From NCBI RefSeq assembly GCF_044704955.1, contig NC_091985.1, forward strand, positions 106,640,001 through 106,704,000: a stretch of DNA of 64,000 bases, written 5' to 3'. The notes under the pieces are model-generated. The model saw only the letters and a list, made by a program, of their open reading frames with translations, did not search any database and was not told the origin of the DNA. Origin of the DNA: Pristiophorus japonicus. Its lineage: Eukaryota. Below are positions 61,975 to 64,000 of the stretch, piece by piece; positions within the stretch are counted from its first letter, which is position 1; every line of letters begins with the position of its first letter. Made by a program: the position numbers and the translations under genes.

Positions 61975-62475
61975 GTTATTATTTGTTACGGGATGTGGGT
62001 GTCACTGGCAAGGCCAGCATTTATTGCCCATTCCAAATTGCCCTTGACAAGGTGGTGGTGAGCTGCCTTGAACTGCTGCTGTCCTTGTGGTTTAGGTACT
62101 CCCACAATGCTGTTAGGGAGGAAGTTCCAGGATTTTGACCCAACAACGAAAAACAGTGATATATTTCCAAGTCAGGATGGTGTGTAACTTGGAGGGGAAC
62201 TTGCAGGAGATGGTGATCATGCCTTTCTAGGTGGTAGAGGTCACGGGCTTGGGAGGTGCTGCTGAAGCCTTAGCGTGTTGCTGCAGTGCATCTTGTAGAT
62301 GGTACACACTGCAGGCACGATGTACCAGTGGTGGAGGGAGTGAATGTTGAAGGTGGTGAATGGGGTGCCAGGTGCTTTGCCCTAGATGTTGTTGAGCCTC
62401 TTGAGTGTTGTTAGAGCTGCACTCATCCAGGCAAGTGAAGAGTATTCCATCACACTCCTGACTTGTATCTTGTAG
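61975..62475 (-). mobile_element. LINE 3' fragment of a different CR1/L2-group family
   Basis: Related plus-strand piece at 41355-41540 (GATGGAATACTCTCCACTTGCC..GCAGCT..AACA..AAGCTCAACAC.ATC). Confidence 0.6.
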
Positions 62476-62624
62476 ACGAAAGAAAGAAAGAAAAAGACTT
62501 GGATTTATATAGCGCCTTTCACGACCACCGGATGTCTCAAAGCACTTTACAAAGTGCTTTGAGATGTCCGGTGGTCGTGAAAGGCGCTATACAAGTACTT
62601 TTGGAGATGGTGGAAAGGCTTTAC

Positions 62625-64000
62625 ACAAGAACATAACATAAGAAATAGGAGCAGGAGTAGGCCATTTAGCCCTCGAGCCTGCTCTGCCATTCAGTATCAT
62701 AGCTGATCTGATCTTGGCCTCAACTCCACTTCTCTGTACGCTCCCCATAACCCTTGACACCTCCATTAGTTCAAAAATCTGTCTATTTCTACCTTAAATA
62801 TATTTAATGACCCAGCCTCCACAGCTCTCTGGGGATAGAATTCCAAAGATTTACGACCCTCAGAGAAGAAATTCCTCCTCATCTCCATTTTAAATGGGCG
62901 ACCCCTTATAGAAACTAGGTGCAGGAGTAGGCCATTCGGCCCTTCGAGCCTGCACCACCATTCAATAAGATCATGGCTGATCATTCACCTCAGTACCCTT
63001 TCCTGCTTTCTCTCCATACCCCTTGATCCCATTAGCCGTAAGGGCCATATCTAGCTCCCCCTTGAATATATCGAATGAACTGGCATCAACAACTCTCTGC
63101 GGTAGGGAATTCCACAGGTTAACAACTCTGAGTGAAGAAGTTTCTCCTCATCTCAGTCCTAAATGGCTTACCCCTTATCCTTGGACTGTGTTCCCTGGTT
63201 CTGGACTTCCCCAACATCGGGAACATTCTTCCTGCATCTAAGCTGTCCAGTCCCGTCAGAATTTTATATGTTTCTATGAGGTCCCCTCTCATCCTTCTAA
63301 ACTCCAGTCTCTCCTCATATCTCAGTCCTGCCATCCCGGGACTCAGTCTGGTGAACCTTCGCTGCACTCCCTCAATAGCAAGAACGTCCTTCCTCAGAGT
63401 AGGAGACCAAAACTGAACACAATATTCCAGGTGAGGCCTCACTAAGGCCCTGTGCAACTACAGTAAGACCTCCCTGCTCTTATACTCAAATCCCCTAGCT
63501 ATGAAGGCCAACATACCATTTGTCGCCTTCACCGCCTGCTGAACCTGTATGCCAACTTTCAATGACTGATATACCATGACACCCAGGTCTCGCTGCACCT
63601 CCCCTTTTCCAAATCTGCCACCATTCACATAATCTGCCTTCATGTTTTTGCCACCAAAGTGGATAACCTCACATTTATCCACATTATACTGCATCTGCCA
63701 CGCGTTTGCCCACTTATCTAACCTGTCCAAGTCACCCTGCAGCCTCTTGGTGCCCTCCTCACAGCTCACTGCCACCCAGCTTAGTGTCATCTGCAAATTT
63801 GGAGATAGTACTCAATTCCCTCATCCAAATCATTAATGTATATTGTAAAGAGCTGGGGTCCCAGCACTGAGCCCTGCGACACCCCACTAGTCACTGCCTG
63901 CCATTCTGAAAAGGACTCATTTATCCTGACTCTCTGCTTCCTCTCTATCCATGTCAGTACATTACCTCCAATATCGTGCTTTAATTTTGCACACCAATCT
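62625..64000 (-). mobile_element. Two adjacent CR1 3' fragments (62625-62907 and 62908-64000)
   Basis: Two separate tails (ACATAAGAAATAGGAGC; ATAGAAACTAGGTGCAGG); [14 protein letters not shown] and WQMQYNVDKCEV on minus. Confidence 0.9.

Larger units (their letters stand above)
17710..64000 (+). other. SCAF8: Putative SCAF8 intron 1 (runs past window end)
   Basis: Starts at the GT donor. I found no exon resembling LYSLNDYKPPISKAKM downstream by eye. Confidence 0.6.

Overview
Eukaryotic, repeat-dense vertebrate DNA. The repeat families (CR1-like LINEs with TTCTATGT tails, tRNA-derived Deu-type SINEs, RTE, Tx1, Harbinger) suggest a cartilaginous fish; this is an inference. The only host gene I can support is SCAF8: CpG-island promoter, 5' UTR and first coding exon MEAVKAFNNE (17680-17709), with everything downstream apparently intron 1 (exon 2 not found). 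Upstream is a nested cluster: an apparently full-length but disabled Tx1-clade non-LTR retrotransposon (1-6890), a CR1 LINE and a dead Harbinger transposon. The intron holds many CR1/L2 fragments, a near-complete dead RTE, SINEs, hAT-type MITEs, a very old Gypsy-like remnant and two Harbinger-related non-autonomous elements with internal tandem arrays. I found no convincing new biological system. The best leads are the repeat-spacer-like palindromic array in a Harbinger MITE, the structured tail-less ends of the Tx1, and several fold-back or inversion events in the SCAF8 intron. Coordinates were read by eye and old-repeat boundaries are approximate.
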